Shown: positions 1 through 10,384, numbered from the stretch's first letter. The stretch is DNA of 64,000 nt from Candidatus Woesearchaeota archaeon (GCA_038874135.1 JAVZCZ010000001.1:352001-416000); one strand, 5' to 3'. Made by a program: numbers and translations. The notes: generated from the letters alone by a model not told the origin.

Positions 1-31
1 TGCGCTTTATTCAAACCAGAATGGGTTAAGC

Positions 32-358
32 GTGCTTTCTGAGTTTAATAATAAATTTTCAGAGTATGCTTTGGCATCTGGAGAGCCTCTTGGATTCGTA
101 TACGGAGCAGCCATTGATAGGAAGATTTATCTTGCAAGTAACTCTTGTAATGGCTGCGAACTCATAGTTTATTATTCAGACGGAAACGCTTCAGTTGTTG
201 AAAACAACTGCTCTTATGAAGTTGAGGCTGAAAACATAAGCGGAATTGAACTGGTATTTCAAGGAAGAAACTACAGCATGATGCCAGAATCAATTTCGGG
301 AATAAAGATTTTTTGCTATTCAGGAGATTCAAACAACTTACAGATAAATTATCAATAA
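32..358 (+). CDS. Hypothetical secreted/pilus-associated protein, probably 5'-truncated by the window edge
   Basis: Cys/Asn/Ser-rich ORF co-directional with the downstream pilins; the reading frame appears open to the window start. Confidence 0.55.
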   Translation: MLSEFNNKFSEYALASGEPLGFVYGAAIDRKIYLASNSCNGCELIVYYSDGNASVVENNCSYEVEAENISGIELVFQGRNYSMMPESISGIKIFCYSGDSNNLQINYQ

Positions 359-378
359 GAAAAAAGAGGGGTTAGAAA

Positions 379-843
379 ATGCGTTTTGGAAGAGGCAGCA
401 GGAAGGGAGAGTCCGCCTGGATTGCCTGGGTGATGATAACTGCATTTATGGTCGTGATGGGCGCTCTTATCTATAAGTGGAGCTCCTCATATGCAGCAGC
501 CTCTGCAGAGCAGGTTGAGGAAAATGCTTATAGAGAAAATTGTAGGGATGTTAGCGTAAATATTAAGGAAGCCTGCCAGGACAACTATACATTAACACTA
601 AATATTGAAAATGTTGGAAGCGTTAATGTGGATAAGGTAATCATAAACATGTTTGACGCTTTTGGTTATGGAGCGTCCAGAGAGCAAATGCTTAGAATAA
701 AGCCTGGTTTGAGCAGCATGTGTACTTTTGTAAAGCAGTATGCAATCAGCACAGTTAAAGTTGTGCCCGCGATAAGAGTGAAAAACAAGTGGATAGTATG
801 CTCTGAAAGGGAGGTGGAATTTACAGGGGTAAAGTATTGTTAA
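379..843 (+). CDS. Archaeal type IV pilin-like protein
   Basis: Class III-like signal peptide SRKG/ESAWIAWVMI followed by a hydrophobic helix; pilin-like 'NIENVG' beta segment; Cys pairs. Confidence 0.75.
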   Translation: MRFGRGSRKGESAWIAWVMITAFMVVMGALIYKWSSSYAAASAEQVEENAYRENCRDVSVNIKEACQDNYTLTLNIENVGSVNVDKVIINMFDAFGYGASREQMLRIKPGLSSMCTFVKQYAISTVKVVPAIRVKNKWIVCSEREVEFTGVKYC

Positions 844-900
844 AAGAAAAAATATAAAAATAAAAAAAAGAAGTGAATAATTAAAAAGAGGTGGTATGAA

Positions 901-1227
901 ATGCCTGAAAAATTTAAAAAGGAATTTATAGATTTAGAAAAGAAGATTGTGGATGTCCAGCTTGAGAAGTCTAGGCTTAATAGAGAAAAATCAATAAACC
1001 TGCTCAACAAGGGAATTTTACTCTACTTCTCATTCACCTTCCTTGCCCTAGTTGGATTTGTAAATAACTACATAGGCTACTCCTTACTAAATCTTTTGAT
1101 AATAATGGGGCTCTGCACCTTGCTAATAGGAGCAGTGCCATATATAATTAATATGAGTAAAGAGGAAAAAAGGCTGGACGAGCTAAACGAGAGGCTTTTA
1201 AGAATTGAAAAGGGTGATGCAGAATGA
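901..1227 (+). CDS. Small two-TM membrane protein in the pilus locus
   Basis: Two hydrophobic segments flanked by charged helices; GAGGTG RBS upstream. Confidence 0.7.
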   Translation: MPEKFKKEFIDLEKKIVDVQLEKSRLNREKSINLLNKGILLYFSFTFLALVGFVNNYIGYSLLNLLIIMGLCTLLIGAVPYIINMSKEEKRLDELNERLLRIEKGDAE

Positions 1228-1745
1228 AAAAAATTTTTAGCAGTAGAAGAGGAGTTTCACCACTCATAGCAACAGTACTTTTAATAGCGTTTGCAGTTGC
1301 ACTGGGCGCGGTTGTTATGAACTGGAGCAGGAGCTTTACAGGGGAGCAGATTGAGAACACCAACCAAGTTGCAGGAACAAGCAGTGCCTGCGAATTTAAT
1401 GTGAGGATGCAGCTTGTTGAAATAGGCGGAATAGAAAGAATATGCTATGGTAATGAAAGTGGGAAATTTATAATAAAAAATATAGGAAACACTGAAATAG
1501 AAGGTGTACAGGTTCAAGTAATAGGAAGTCAAAGCGTGGCTGACGCTACAGTAAGTGGAATAGGCTCCACAATAGGAAAGGGAAAGGTTGCGATGGGAAA
1601 CTTCTCATGGAATAATAGTATAGGTGATTTTGAACAGGTTATAATAAGCCCGATAATAAAGGTTAACGGCGTTAATGTAACTTGCACTGGACAGGGAAGA
1701 GAGATTATAAGAACTGCTTCAGAGATGGACAACTGCAACTGGTGA
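1224..1745 (+). CDS. Archaeal type IV pilin
   Basis: Canonical class III signal SRRG/VSPLIATVLLIAFAVALGAVV. Confidence 0.9.
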   Translation: MKKIFSSRRGVSPLIATVLLIAFAVALGAVVMNWSRSFTGEQIENTNQVAGTSSACEFNVRMQLVEIGGIERICYGNESGKFIIKNIGNTEIEGVQVQVIGSQSVADATVSGIGSTIGKGKVAMGNFSWNNSIGDFEQVIISPIIKVNGVNVTCTGQGREIIRTASEMDNCNW

Positions 1746-1763
1746 ACTCAAGGAGTTATAAAG

Positions 1764-2195
1764 ATGCAGAAACAGAGGAACTTCCTAATAACAGTAATAT
1801 TTGGGGGAATAGGCGCTCTGCTCATAATTTACATACTGCTACTTACTGGAACAATACTTAAAAGCGCTAGGGAAAACATATTTGCTAACACGCTTAGAGG
1901 AGGTTCCTCAAATCAAAATGCCTGCGAAAGATTTTCACTCATCATCAACAAGAACAGTATCCTCTACTCTTACGCTACTCTCACATTTTCAGTGAGAAAC
2001 ACCGGAAGCATCCCAATAACGCAGCTCAGAGTATTAACAGACAGCGAGCCTTACAATGAAAGAATTGTAAATATAAGCAGCATCTACCCTGGCTTTGAGA
2101 AGAATGTTGTAATCACAAACATAAGGGTGAAAGAAAAGTTTTTGGTTTTCCCGCAGAACTGCAATACCAACGGAGAGGAGGTTTATATAAAATAA
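1764..2195 (+). CDS. Pilin-like membrane-anchored protein
   Basis: N-terminal TM helix; 'FSVRNTGSIPI' pilin-like motif; Cys pair. Confidence 0.65.
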   Translation: MQKQRNFLITVIFGGIGALLIIYILLLTGTILKSARENIFANTLRGGSSNQNACERFSLIINKNSILYSYATLTFSVRNTGSIPITQLRVLTDSEPYNERIVNISSIYPGFEKNVVITNIRVKEKFLVFPQNCNTNGEEVYIK

Positions 2196-2197
2196 AA

Positions 2198-2956
2198 ATG
2201 GAAAAGAGAAGGGGAGCCAAGGCACAGGTCTGGATTTCAGCAGTGCTCTACACTCTAATCATGGTAGTAGCGGTATTCATAATACTAGAAGCTGGCACCC
2301 CTATAATCAACGGACTCAAAGAAAGAACTGCATTCTCAAGGGCTAAGGACGCCATGCAGGCAATAGACCAATATGTAATACAGATTGCCTCAGAAGGGCC
2401 AGGCTCTCAGAGGACCATCCCGCTTGATATAAGTACTGGAAGGATCTATTCAAAAAATGGTTCTCTCACTTGGGAGATGCAGACCGATTCAAAGGTTGTT
2501 GAGCCGAGAACTGGCAGTAGGTCTGGAAACATTTTAGTAGTTAGCACCACTGCTAACCAGCTTGCATCTCTTTATGAATCAGAAGATTACTGTTATTATA
2601 CTTTGGAGAATTCCCGGATAGTTGCCAGGATTAGCATATTCGGCAATGTGAGCAAGAAGCTTGAGAACTGCTCACCTGAAGTTAATACGAGCACTCTTAT
2701 AAGGTCAATTGTTTTGAAGGAAACTGGAAGTGAAACTTCGGGTGTTTTTAAAATTCTTATAGCTAATGATTCTACTTCCTCATTTGGAAATGGATTTACT
2801 GTTCCCGTTGAAAAAGGGGATGGGCTAGCCTCTGCAGCAGTCCTGCTGTATGTAAACTCAACCAAGTATGACTATGTCCTACAGGTTGGACTTGACAGCA
2901 CATCTGACTTTTTAGAAATAAAACTTCTCAGCGTGAAGGTGAAAGGGAATGGCTGA
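2198..2956 (+). CDS. Minor pilin-like protein
   Basis: Class III signal RRGAKA/QVWISAVLY followed by a hydrophobic helix. Confidence 0.75.
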   Translation: MEKRRGAKAQVWISAVLYTLIMVVAVFIILEAGTPIINGLKERTAFSRAKDAMQAIDQYVIQIASEGPGSQRTIPLDISTGRIYSKNGSLTWEMQTDSKVVEPRTGSRSGNILVVSTTANQLASLYESEDYCYYTLENSRIVARISIFGNVSKKLENCSPEVNTSTLIRSIVLKETGSETSGVFKILIANDSTSSFGNGFTVPVEKGDGLASAAVLLYVNSTKYDYVLQVGLDSTSDFLEIKLLSVKVKGNG

Positions 2957-4526
2957 ACCTCCTGGGGGTAAAGTAGAGGAAAAGAATAGTGAAGTGAAAT
3001 TTAGGTTGAATCCTCCTAGGATAATCCCTCTTCCTGAGTTAAAAGATTTTAAAGAAGTTGATGTGAGATATCCTCTTATTCCCCCTTATGCTTTTGCCCA
3101 CATATATTGGGATGAGGAAAAGAAGGAGTTAAGGTACGATGTGGAAGAATTCCCATTAGATAAGGTGGAAGAAGAGCTATTAAAGCTCATAATGACTGGA
3201 ATTGAAGAAGTTCTGGATGTCAGTGCTTCAAAATTGAGAAGCACTGAAACAATGATTGAATATCTAGAAAAGAGCGTGAGGGCAATACTTGCAGAGTTGG
3301 GCGCGAAGATTTCTGAAAAGAGTTACATAAAAATAATGTATTATGTTTATAGAGACTCTATAGGTCTGAACCAGATTGAGCCTTTGATGAATGATTATTA
3401 CATTGAAGATATAGAGTGCAACGGAGTTGGCTATCCTGTTTATGTAGTGCACAGAAAGTATGAAAATATAAGAACTAATGTCATATTTAAGAGCAATTCT
3501 GAGCTTATGAACTTCGTAGAGAAGCTTGCGCAGAAGTGCGACAAGTATGTTTCCTATGCAAGGCCTCTTTTAGACGGAGCGCTTCCTGACGGGTCAAGGG
3601 TTAACGCCACTTATTCTAGGGACATAACCGCTAGAGGCCCAACTTTTACAATAAGGAAATTTACAAAGGCGCCCTTAACTCCTTTGGATCTCATGAGGAA
3701 TAAGACTGCGTGTGCTGAGGCATTTGCCTTCCTTTCCATGCTTGTGCAGCATAAGTTTAACATAATGGTTATTGGGGAGACAGCTTCTGGAAAGACAACA
3801 TTTCTAAATGCCATACTTGACTTCATTCCTAAAGATGCAAGGATATGCTCTATTGAAGACACTCGCGAATTAAACCTGTTGCACTCTAACTGGATCCCAG
3901 CTGTGTCCAGAGTTGGAATGCGAGGTGCCGGATCTGAAAATTATGGCGAGATAACAATGTTTGAGCTGCTGAGCGAGACCTTCAGGCAGAACCCTGATTA
4001 TGTTATCGTGGGAGAGGTTAGAGGTGCTGAAGCGTATGTGCTATTCCAGGGGATGGCTTCTGGACATCCCTCTTACAGCACATTTCACGCTGGATCTGTT
4101 GAGGGGCTTGTCAAGAGGCTTCAAACTCCGCCAATTAATCTTCCAGCAACTTTGATAGAAGCGCTAGATGCAGTATGCATAGTAACTCATATTAAGGAGC
4201 CTGACAAGAATTTTAGAAGATTGATAGGAATAAAGGAGATAAAAAGCGTTAAGGAACAGGCTGGGATTGTAGATGCGAATGATGTGCTGGTGTGGAATGC
4301 AGTTGATGACAGTTTTAACTTTCAAGAACAGTCTTTTGTTTTTGAGAAGATGAGCAGACGAACGGGAATTCCTATTGAGAAGCTGAGAGCAGAGCTGAGG
4401 CAGAGGACCGCCCTGCTTAAGAAGATGCTGGAGCTTCCTAATATTGGAATTAAGGAATTTAACAAAATAATAAATGAGTACTATCTAAATCCCAAAGAGG
4501 TTTTAAGAAGGTTAAATGTTAAGTAG
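2949..4526 (+). CDS. Type IV pilus/secretion ATPase (FlaI/TadA/VirB11 family)
   Basis: Walker A GETASGKT, SIEDTRE Asp box, RQNPDYVIVGEVRG Walker B, GHPSYSTFHA His box. Confidence 0.95.
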   Translation: MAEPPGGKVEEKNSEVKFRLNPPRIIPLPELKDFKEVDVRYPLIPPYAFAHIYWDEEKKELRYDVEEFPLDKVEEELLKLIMTGIEEVLDVSASKLRSTETMIEYLEKSVRAILAELGAKISEKSYIKIMYYVYRDSIGLNQIEPLMNDYYIEDIECNGVGYPVYVVHRKYENIRTNVIFKSNSELMNFVEKLAQKCDKYVSYARPLLDGALPDGSRVNATYSRDITARGPTFTIRKFTKAPLTPLDLMRNKTACAEAFAFLSMLVQHKFNIMVIGETASGKTTFLNAILDFIPKDARICSIEDTRELNLLHSNWIPAVSRVGMRGAGSENYGEITMFELLSETFRQNPDYVIVGEVRGAEAYVLFQGMASGHPSYSTFHAGSVEGLVKRLQTPPINLPATLIEALDAVCIVTHIKEPDKNFRRLIGIKEIKSVKEQAGIVDANDVLVWNAVDDSFNFQEQSFVFEKMSRRTGIPIEKLRAELRQRTALLKKMLELPNIGIKEFNKIINEYYLNPKEVLRRLNVK

Positions 4527-4538
4527 AAAGATTAGAAG

Positions 4539-4802
4539 GTGACGCAGGTTATGAAAGGTGTAAAATTTGTGGAAGGAGATAAAAAGGTTAGTGATGCGGA
4601 CCTGCTATTGAGAGAGGTTGAGGATGAGATAATGGGGTTGCGCGCTCTTACAGGAATTTATAAGGAAAGTGCTGCGCAGGTGCTGAATGGGGGAAGCTAT
4701 CTAAACGCGGAAAGGGCAATTGTGGTAAGAGAGAGAATACTTGAAGAGTCGCTCTCGCTCAGGGACTCGCTGATAAGTTTCTTAAAAAAAGAGAGGGTCT
4801 AA
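4539..4802 (+). CDS. Small helical hypothetical protein
   Basis: ORF fills the gap between the ATPase and the platform gene; its stop abuts the next ATG. Confidence 0.6.
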   Translation: MTQVMKGVKFVEGDKKVSDADLLLREVEDEIMGLRALTGIYKESAAQVLNGGSYLNAERAIVVRERILEESLSLRDSLISFLKKERV

Positions 4803-6692
4803 ATGCGCAATTTCAGCCATGGGGAAGCGGAAAAAGCGCTCTCTCAGCTTGAATATGCGGAGAAGCTTGCTGAGGATATGCTCAGCCTATTTTATGAGCT
4901 TAGAAACTACTACGAGTTGAAGCAGGAAACCTTATCTGAGCTGAAAAGGCTTGAGGAAGATTACCAAAACAGAAGATATAATTATGAACAGTTCAGCAAG
5001 CAGCTTTCCTCTCTCTTAGAAGGTAAGAGTAAGTCTGAATTCATCTCAGAATACAACCAACAGCTTCTAAATATAGGGCTCAGAATCGAAAATCTTAACA
5101 GCAGGCTATTTCACACAATATACCATTCAGAAGCTCACATCCTCATAAGCCAAATACTTGCAGAATTAAGAGAAGAAGAATTTGAACTTATAAATAAGCT
5201 GAAGGAAAAAAAGAGAGAGGAACACACTAAAGAAGAGATAGCTGAACAGATGGCAATTTCTGAGAAGATTGAGCCTACACAAACGAGTGAGGTAAACCTT
5301 GTAGGAGGAGCTGCTGCGCAGAGAGTGCCGAACCCAGTAGAAAAAAAAGATGTGGCAGCTAAAGATAAAAAGAGAAATTATGAGAATGTGGGAATGAGAA
5401 TTTTACAGATCATGTCAGCCCCATTCAGAGTGGTTTTTGAATCTTTCAGGGAGCTCTTCAGAGAGGAGGAAGAGAAAAAATTAGGAAGAAAATTCAAATT
5501 CAGCGAAAAAACTGAAGTTAAAAGGGTTAGAATAAAAAAGCCTGAATTGCCCCACACTAAGAAGAAAGAGGAGGGAGCATTTAAAAGCCCTTTGGCAGGC
5601 TTTTTTAAGATAAGACCTTTTAGAAAGATTAGAGAGCAGATTCTTGCATCAGATGATTTTCTGAGTGAAGAAAATTATGTACCAATAACAGTTGAGCTTA
5701 TAAAAGAGGGTTCAAAGCCGGAAGAGCTTAGGCGCACATTACTGCTCAAAGAATCCGAAAGGATAGAGCGTATAATTAATAAGAGTAAGGCATACTTCAC
5801 AAGGGGAACACCTACTCTGGCAGTAATTGCAAATATAAGTGTCAAGCAGCTTACTCACAGGTTAATAGTTCTCTTTCCCTCATTTTTCAAGACTATATAC
5901 AAGAATCTCAGAGGAGCAGATGTAAGGATGCTCTCCAATACTTATGCCAACATGATGGTGTTCTTTTCAATAGTAGCTTTCATTTTCGGAATTGGGATAG
6001 GACTTCCAGTAAGTGTTGCTCTCGGAAATGGCATTGCACTAGCAATTATCAAGTCAGTTATTTTAGGAATAATTTTCGGAGCTGCCTGCACATACGGCTT
6101 TTATGCTTATCCAAAGCTTCAGATGCAGCAGAGGATCAGAAGCATAAAATCAAACCTGCCTTTTGCACTTAATCACATGGCGGCAATCTCATCTTCAGGA
6201 AGCCCTCCAATAATGATTTTTAAGCTCATAGGAAGCTCTCCTGACTATGGAGAAATCTCTGTAGAGTTTCAAAAGATTGTTGACTATGTTGAAATATTCG
6301 GTTTTGACCCAGTTACAGCAATAAAGAATGTTGCTTCCAATACGCCGTCTAAGGAGCTTAAGGAGCTCTTAGAAGGCCTTGTCTCCACACTTAAAGCTGG
6401 CGGGGAGATAAAAAGTATGCTGAGGCAAAAGGCTGAGGAGGCGCTCAACAATTACAGGCTTGAGCTTCAGAACTACAATGAAACAATAGCTACCTATTCT
6501 GACATGTATACTGGAATTTTGATAGCTGCGCCCCTATTTTTCATAGTCACATTAGCAATGGTAAGCATACTGGGAGGAAATGTTGGGAACATGAATATTG
6601 GGACGCTTATGGTTGTAAGCACATATGTTGCCATTCCAATACTCAATGTTTTGTTCCTAGTGTTTTTGGAAATGAGTCAACCGAATATATAA
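4803..6692 (+). CDS. T2SS-F (FlaJ/TadC-like) membrane platform protein with a long N-terminal charged extension
   Basis: C-terminal 'IKSNLPFALNHMAAISSSG...YGEISVEF...GFDPVTAI...TPSKEL' GspF-like domain with TM helices. Confidence 0.9.
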   Translation: MRNFSHGEAEKALSQLEYAEKLAEDMLSLFYELRNYYELKQETLSELKRLEEDYQNRRYNYEQFSKQLSSLLEGKSKSEFISEYNQQLLNIGLRIENLNSRLFHTIYHSEAHILISQILAELREEEFELINKLKEKKREEHTKEEIAEQMAISEKIEPTQTSEVNLVGGAAAQRVPNPVEKKDVAAKDKKRNYENVGMRILQIMSAPFRVVFESFRELFREEEEKKLGRKFKFSEKTEVKRVRIKKPELPHTKKKEEGAFKSPLAGFFKIRPFRKIREQILASDDFLSEENYVPITVELIKEGSKPEELRRTLLLKESERIERIINKSKAYFTRGTPTLAVIANISVKQLTHRLIVLFPSFFKTIYKNLRGADVRMLSNTYANMMVFFSIVAFIFGIGIGLPVSVALGNGIALAIIKSVILGIIFGAACTYGFYAYPKLQMQQRIRSIKSNLPFALNHMAAISSSGSPPIMIFKLIGSSPDYGEISVEFQKIVDYVEIFGFDPVTAIKNVASNTPSKELKELLEGLVSTLKAGGEIKSMLRQKAEEALNNYRLELQNYNETIATYSDMYTGILIAAPLFFIVTLAMVSILGGNVGNMNIGTLMVVSTYVAIPILNVLFLVFLEMSQPNI

Positions 6693-6728
6693 CACAATGA
6701 AGAGTGAATAGTATAATAAAGGTGAAGC

Positions 6729-7634
6729 ATGGCGATAAAATTTGAGAATAGGCACATTGCAGGAATCTCAATAGGAGTTGCATTCATAATACTTGACATT
6801 ATAATTCTGAATAAGAGTCCTCTGTTCGTCCCAATACTGGCAGTTTCAGTGATAATAATTGCGTCCCAATTTTTAATAGACTTCATAGTAGAAACTAGAA
6901 AACAGAAGGAGATTGAAGAACAATTTCCAGAATTTGTGAGAAACTTTGTGGATGGAATAAATTCAGGAATGCCCCCCACGCTTGCGGTCATAAACGCTTC
7001 AAAAGAGGACTATGGCGCTCTCACGCCTCACGTCATAAGATTAGCTCACCAGCTAGAATGGGCAATTCCATTTCACAAGGCCCTAACAAAATTTGCAGAA
7101 TCAACCAACAACTCGCTAATAAAGAAAACAGTGGCTACAGTTATTGAAGCTGAGAGCTACGGTGGAAACATTGAGGATGTTTTGAAATCAGTAACGCAGT
7201 CCCTAATTGAGGTCAAAAAGATAAGGGCTGAGAGGAGGTACAGCATCCGTTCTCAGGTCATGCAGTCTTACATAATATTTATAGTATTCATTGGCATAAT
7301 AATAGTGATACAAAATTTTCTCATTCCCTACATGAAGAGCGTAAGCGCCAGTTCGGCCAGCATGTTCGGAGGAGCACCCACTGCTACGATAAGCATTCCG
7401 CAGAAAGCTGTTATCTCCTTTTCCTCATTCGGAGCGTTTGTTCGCTCGTTCTCTGAATGGCTAAAAAGCCTGAACGGAATATTCATAATGCTCTCAGTAA
7501 TTCAGGGACTATTCGCTGGACTAGTAATAGGTAAGCTCTCAGAAGGAGACATAAGATACGGAATAAAGCACTCAGTCATCCTTATGAGTATGGCTTTCAT
7601 ACTAATATCTCTGTCGCAAGGGTTTGTAAGGTGA
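6729..7634 (+). CDS. T2SS-F (TadB/FlaJ-like) membrane protein
   Basis: 'IEEQFPEFVRNF..GINSGM', 'DYGALT', 'GGNIEDVL', C-terminal 'QGLFAGLVIGKLSEG..GIKHS'. Confidence 0.9.
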   Translation: MAIKFENRHIAGISIGVAFIILDIIILNKSPLFVPILAVSVIIIASQFLIDFIVETRKQKEIEEQFPEFVRNFVDGINSGMPPTLAVINASKEDYGALTPHVIRLAHQLEWAIPFHKALTKFAESTNNSLIKKTVATVIEAESYGGNIEDVLKSVTQSLIEVKKIRAERRYSIRSQVMQSYIIFIVFIGIIIVIQNFLIPYMKSVSASSASMFGGAPTATISIPQKAVISFSSFGAFVRSFSEWLKSLNGIFIMLSVIQGLFAGLVIGKLSEGDIRYGIKHSVILMSMAFILISLSQGFVR

Positions 7635-7638
7635 AAAA

Positions 7639-8415
7639 GTGGTGGAAGTAGAGATTGATACAAAGATTTCAATAGAGGCAAACGCTTCCCGCTACTTTGA
7701 AGAGGCAAAAAGGTTCAAGAAAAAGGCGGAAGGAGCCCTCAAAGCATTATCAGAAGCAAAGAAGAGGATAGAGGAAGAAGCTATAACTTTTCAGAAGCAG
7801 AAGGAAGTTGAAAGCAGGAGGGAGAAGAAGTGGTATGAAAAGTTCAGGTGGTTCATAAGCTCGGAGGGCTTCTTAGTGATAGGGGGAAGGGACGCCACAA
7901 CAAATGACATACTGATAAAAAAGCATATGGAAAAGCATGACTTGGTATTCCACGCAGAGATGGCTGGAAGTCCTTTTGTGCTGATAAAAACAGAGGGAAA
8001 GACGCCTGGAGAGTTAACAATAGCTGAAGCAGCAGCGGAGACTGCTTCATTTTCAAGAGGGTGGCGCTTAGGTTTATCTGAGATGGAGGTTTTTTATGTA
8101 GCTCCAGAACAGGTGTCACTTACCCCAAAGGCTGGAGAATACATGGGCAAGGGCTCTTTTATGATATATGGGAAGAGAAATGTTTTAAGGGCTCCCCTCC
8201 GCGTGGCAGTAGGAATTTATGAAGGAGCGGTGATGTGCGGGCCGCCTTCTGCAGTTTCCAAAAACTGTCCTAAGGGCATCCTGATAGGTCCAGGATCTGA
8301 GAAGAAAACTGACATTGCTAAGGTAATTTCTAAAGAGCTGAACTGTAAGATTGATGATGTAGTTAGAGAACTCCCTTCGGGAGGTTTCAGAATAATAAAG
8401 GATAAGCACAATTAG
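7639..8415 (+). CDS. NFACT-R (DUF814) RNA-binding protein, short Rqc2/RqcH homolog
   Basis: 'ENA..YFEEAKRFKKK'-type helix, 'WYEKFRWFISSEGFLVIGGRDATTND', 'FHAEMAGSP', 'GEYMGKGSFMIYGKRN'. Confidence 0.9.
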   Translation: MVEVEIDTKISIEANASRYFEEAKRFKKKAEGALKALSEAKKRIEEEAITFQKQKEVESRREKKWYEKFRWFISSEGFLVIGGRDATTNDILIKKHMEKHDLVFHAEMAGSPFVLIKTEGKTPGELTIAEAAAETASFSRGWRLGLSEMEVFYVAPEQVSLTPKAGEYMGKGSFMIYGKRNVLRAPLRVAVGIYEGAVMCGPPSAVSKNCPKGILIGPGSEKKTDIAKVISKELNCKIDDVVRELPSGGFRIIKDKHN

Positions 8416-8430
8416 AGCAGGTGTTGATAG

Positions 8431-8742
8431 GTGAAAGATTCAGAGGATTCAAGAGCTGAAAGTTCAAAGGAAGAAAGTAAAAAGCTACTTCAAGAAGCTT
8501 CAGCCCTGCCAGTCACAATGCAGATTGGAAAGATGGGAATTACGCCAGGTGTTGTTTCAGAGCTGGAGAAACAGCTTGAAAAGAGAGGGATTGTTAAGGT
8601 GAGAATTTTAAAGAACTACATGCACGAGCTGGACAGGTTTCAAGTTGCAGAAGCCCTTGCAACCAAGAGTGGAGCGCGCCTACTGCAGATTAAAGGTTTC
8701 GTAGCTGTTTATTACAAAAAGAGGATAGAGAAAAAAATGTGA
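8431..8742 (+). CDS. YhbY/CRS1 RNA-binding protein
   Basis: 'MQIGKMGIT..V..EL..QLEKRGIVKVRIL', 'G..AVYY'. Confidence 0.85.
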   Translation: MKDSEDSRAESSKEESKKLLQEASALPVTMQIGKMGITPGVVSELEKQLEKRGIVKVRILKNYMHELDRFQVAEALATKSGARLLQIKGFVAVYYKKRIEKKM

Positions 8743-8810
8743 AAGAAGCTTTGGAAACTTTTAAATATGCAGTTAATTATTAAGAAATTGAAAAAGCTGA
8801 GGATTTTAAC

Positions 8811-10304
8811 ATGGAGAGCGCTGCAAAACGCCTTTTGAAAGCCGGTTTTGCTAAGAAGGAGTGGAAGGGCCTGCCGCCTGAAAAGAAAAAGAGCATCTCA
8901 GATAAGGAAGCGGAAGAGTACGCTGACATGGAGGAGATGGAAGTTGAGAAGAATGTCTTTGAAAAAACGGATTTTCCAGCAACTAATCTGAGGCTGAGAT
9001 TCATAAAAGAGAGCCCACAGCTGGCGATGGAAGAAACATATTTCTGGATAATGTCGCAGCTTAGGCTTGGCTTCTCATACCACCACTTTCTTAAAGTGAA
9101 AGACATATTCACGGCTTCAACCCAATCTTCAATGTTCGGCTCGGCACAGCAGAGGCTCGGAGCTCAACAGGACAAAGCATCTCAATACTTAGCAATAATA
9201 GGTAAGATGGTAAAGGAGCTCTTCCAGCTGGTTAGAGAACTCAGGATTTTAGACGAGAGGTTAAAACTTTATACAGATTCAGAAAAGGGGGATGTTGCAG
9301 CGGAGGTAACTCTAAAAGGAATATGGATTGACCTAGTAGAGGGCGGCAGCAAGAATCCTGCTTCGGTGTATGGAATGGCACACGATGTCGGATTTGCAAC
9401 GCTTCCAGACCTATTCTTTGACATAAGAGTCAAATCCTCTGATGAGGTAGATAAGAAGGTTGAAGCGTTGGACTTCAACAGGAAAGTTAAAGAGGTTCTT
9501 AAGAGGAAACTCAAGACATACCTGCTCTGGAAGGAGAACACCTACAAGGAATTACAAACCAAAAGGAAATTTACACTCCGCTACATGAGGCAGCATTATG
9601 ACGCCATAAAAATGTATATGGAGTGGGTAAAGCCCTACCTTGGGCAGATTAAGAGGATGATGATGAATGATGAAAGGCTGGATGACGCAAACCTGGTAAG
9701 CGCATTTGAAGGCTCAGTAATAGATGTTGAATTCGTTGCCTTCAAGAAGGACAGCGCCAAGTATGGAGAGTATATGCCCTGCATAGTAGTATCATTCAAC
9801 TACAGAACGACTCCCTCTTTGAACTACCACGCAGAGGGCTACCAGAGGGGACCTATACATGTTGGAAGAGTAGAATGTACTTTGAGAGGGTATGTTTGGA
9901 CTAAGGAGCAGCTGGAAGCTTACAGGAGGTATAGGGAAGAAGAGGCGTTTGAGGTGCTCACATCAATTGACAGCTCGCTAAGAGAGGCGATGGATGCCTT
10001 GGGAGACAGCATGAAGGACTACCTGAAAGAAGCTGGTGAAAAGTTTGAAGTAGAAGAAAAGCCTAAAGAAGAGAAAATAAAAAGGGAATCAGCGCTCGCT
10101 CCATTTGTATCCATATTTGCAGGCCTTGGAGAAATACTTTCAGCATTTACAGGAGGCATGGAATTTTTCAAGAGCTCAGGCTCTTCAAAAGATGAGGAAT
10201 TAAAGAAAGAAAATCAGAAAAAGGCGGCAAAGAAGGATGTAATAGGCGCAATGTCCAACACTTACTTTAATTATAAGAAGTCTCACGGGCTCCTCGCCTG
10301 GTGA
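8811..10304 (+). CDS. Conserved hypothetical protein (largely helical)
   Basis: 497-aa ORF with genome-typical composition and an upstream TTTAAATA TATA-like box; no motif recognised. Confidence 0.8.
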   Translation: MESAAKRLLKAGFAKKEWKGLPPEKKKSISDKEAEEYADMEEMEVEKNVFEKTDFPATNLRLRFIKESPQLAMEETYFWIMSQLRLGFSYHHFLKVKDIFTASTQSSMFGSAQQRLGAQQDKASQYLAIIGKMVKELFQLVRELRILDERLKLYTDSEKGDVAAEVTLKGIWIDLVEGGSKNPASVYGMAHDVGFATLPDLFFDIRVKSSDEVDKKVEALDFNRKVKEVLKRKLKTYLLWKENTYKELQTKRKFTLRYMRQHYDAIKMYMEWVKPYLGQIKRMMMNDERLDDANLVSAFEGSVIDVEFVAFKKDSAKYGEYMPCIVVSFNYRTTPSLNYHAEGYQRGPIHVGRVECTLRGYVWTKEQLEAYRRYREEEAFEVLTSIDSSLREAMDALGDSMKDYLKEAGEKFEVEEKPKEEKIKRESALAPFVSIFAGLGEILSAFTGGMEFFKSSGSSKDEELKKENQKKAAKKDVIGAMSNTYFNYKKSHGLLAW

Positions 10305-10384
10305 GTTGCGATTTGACTGATGATCAATTCAACTATAAGTTTTAATAAGTGCCATCAGGAATTATGTAAGGTGGATAATGCACG

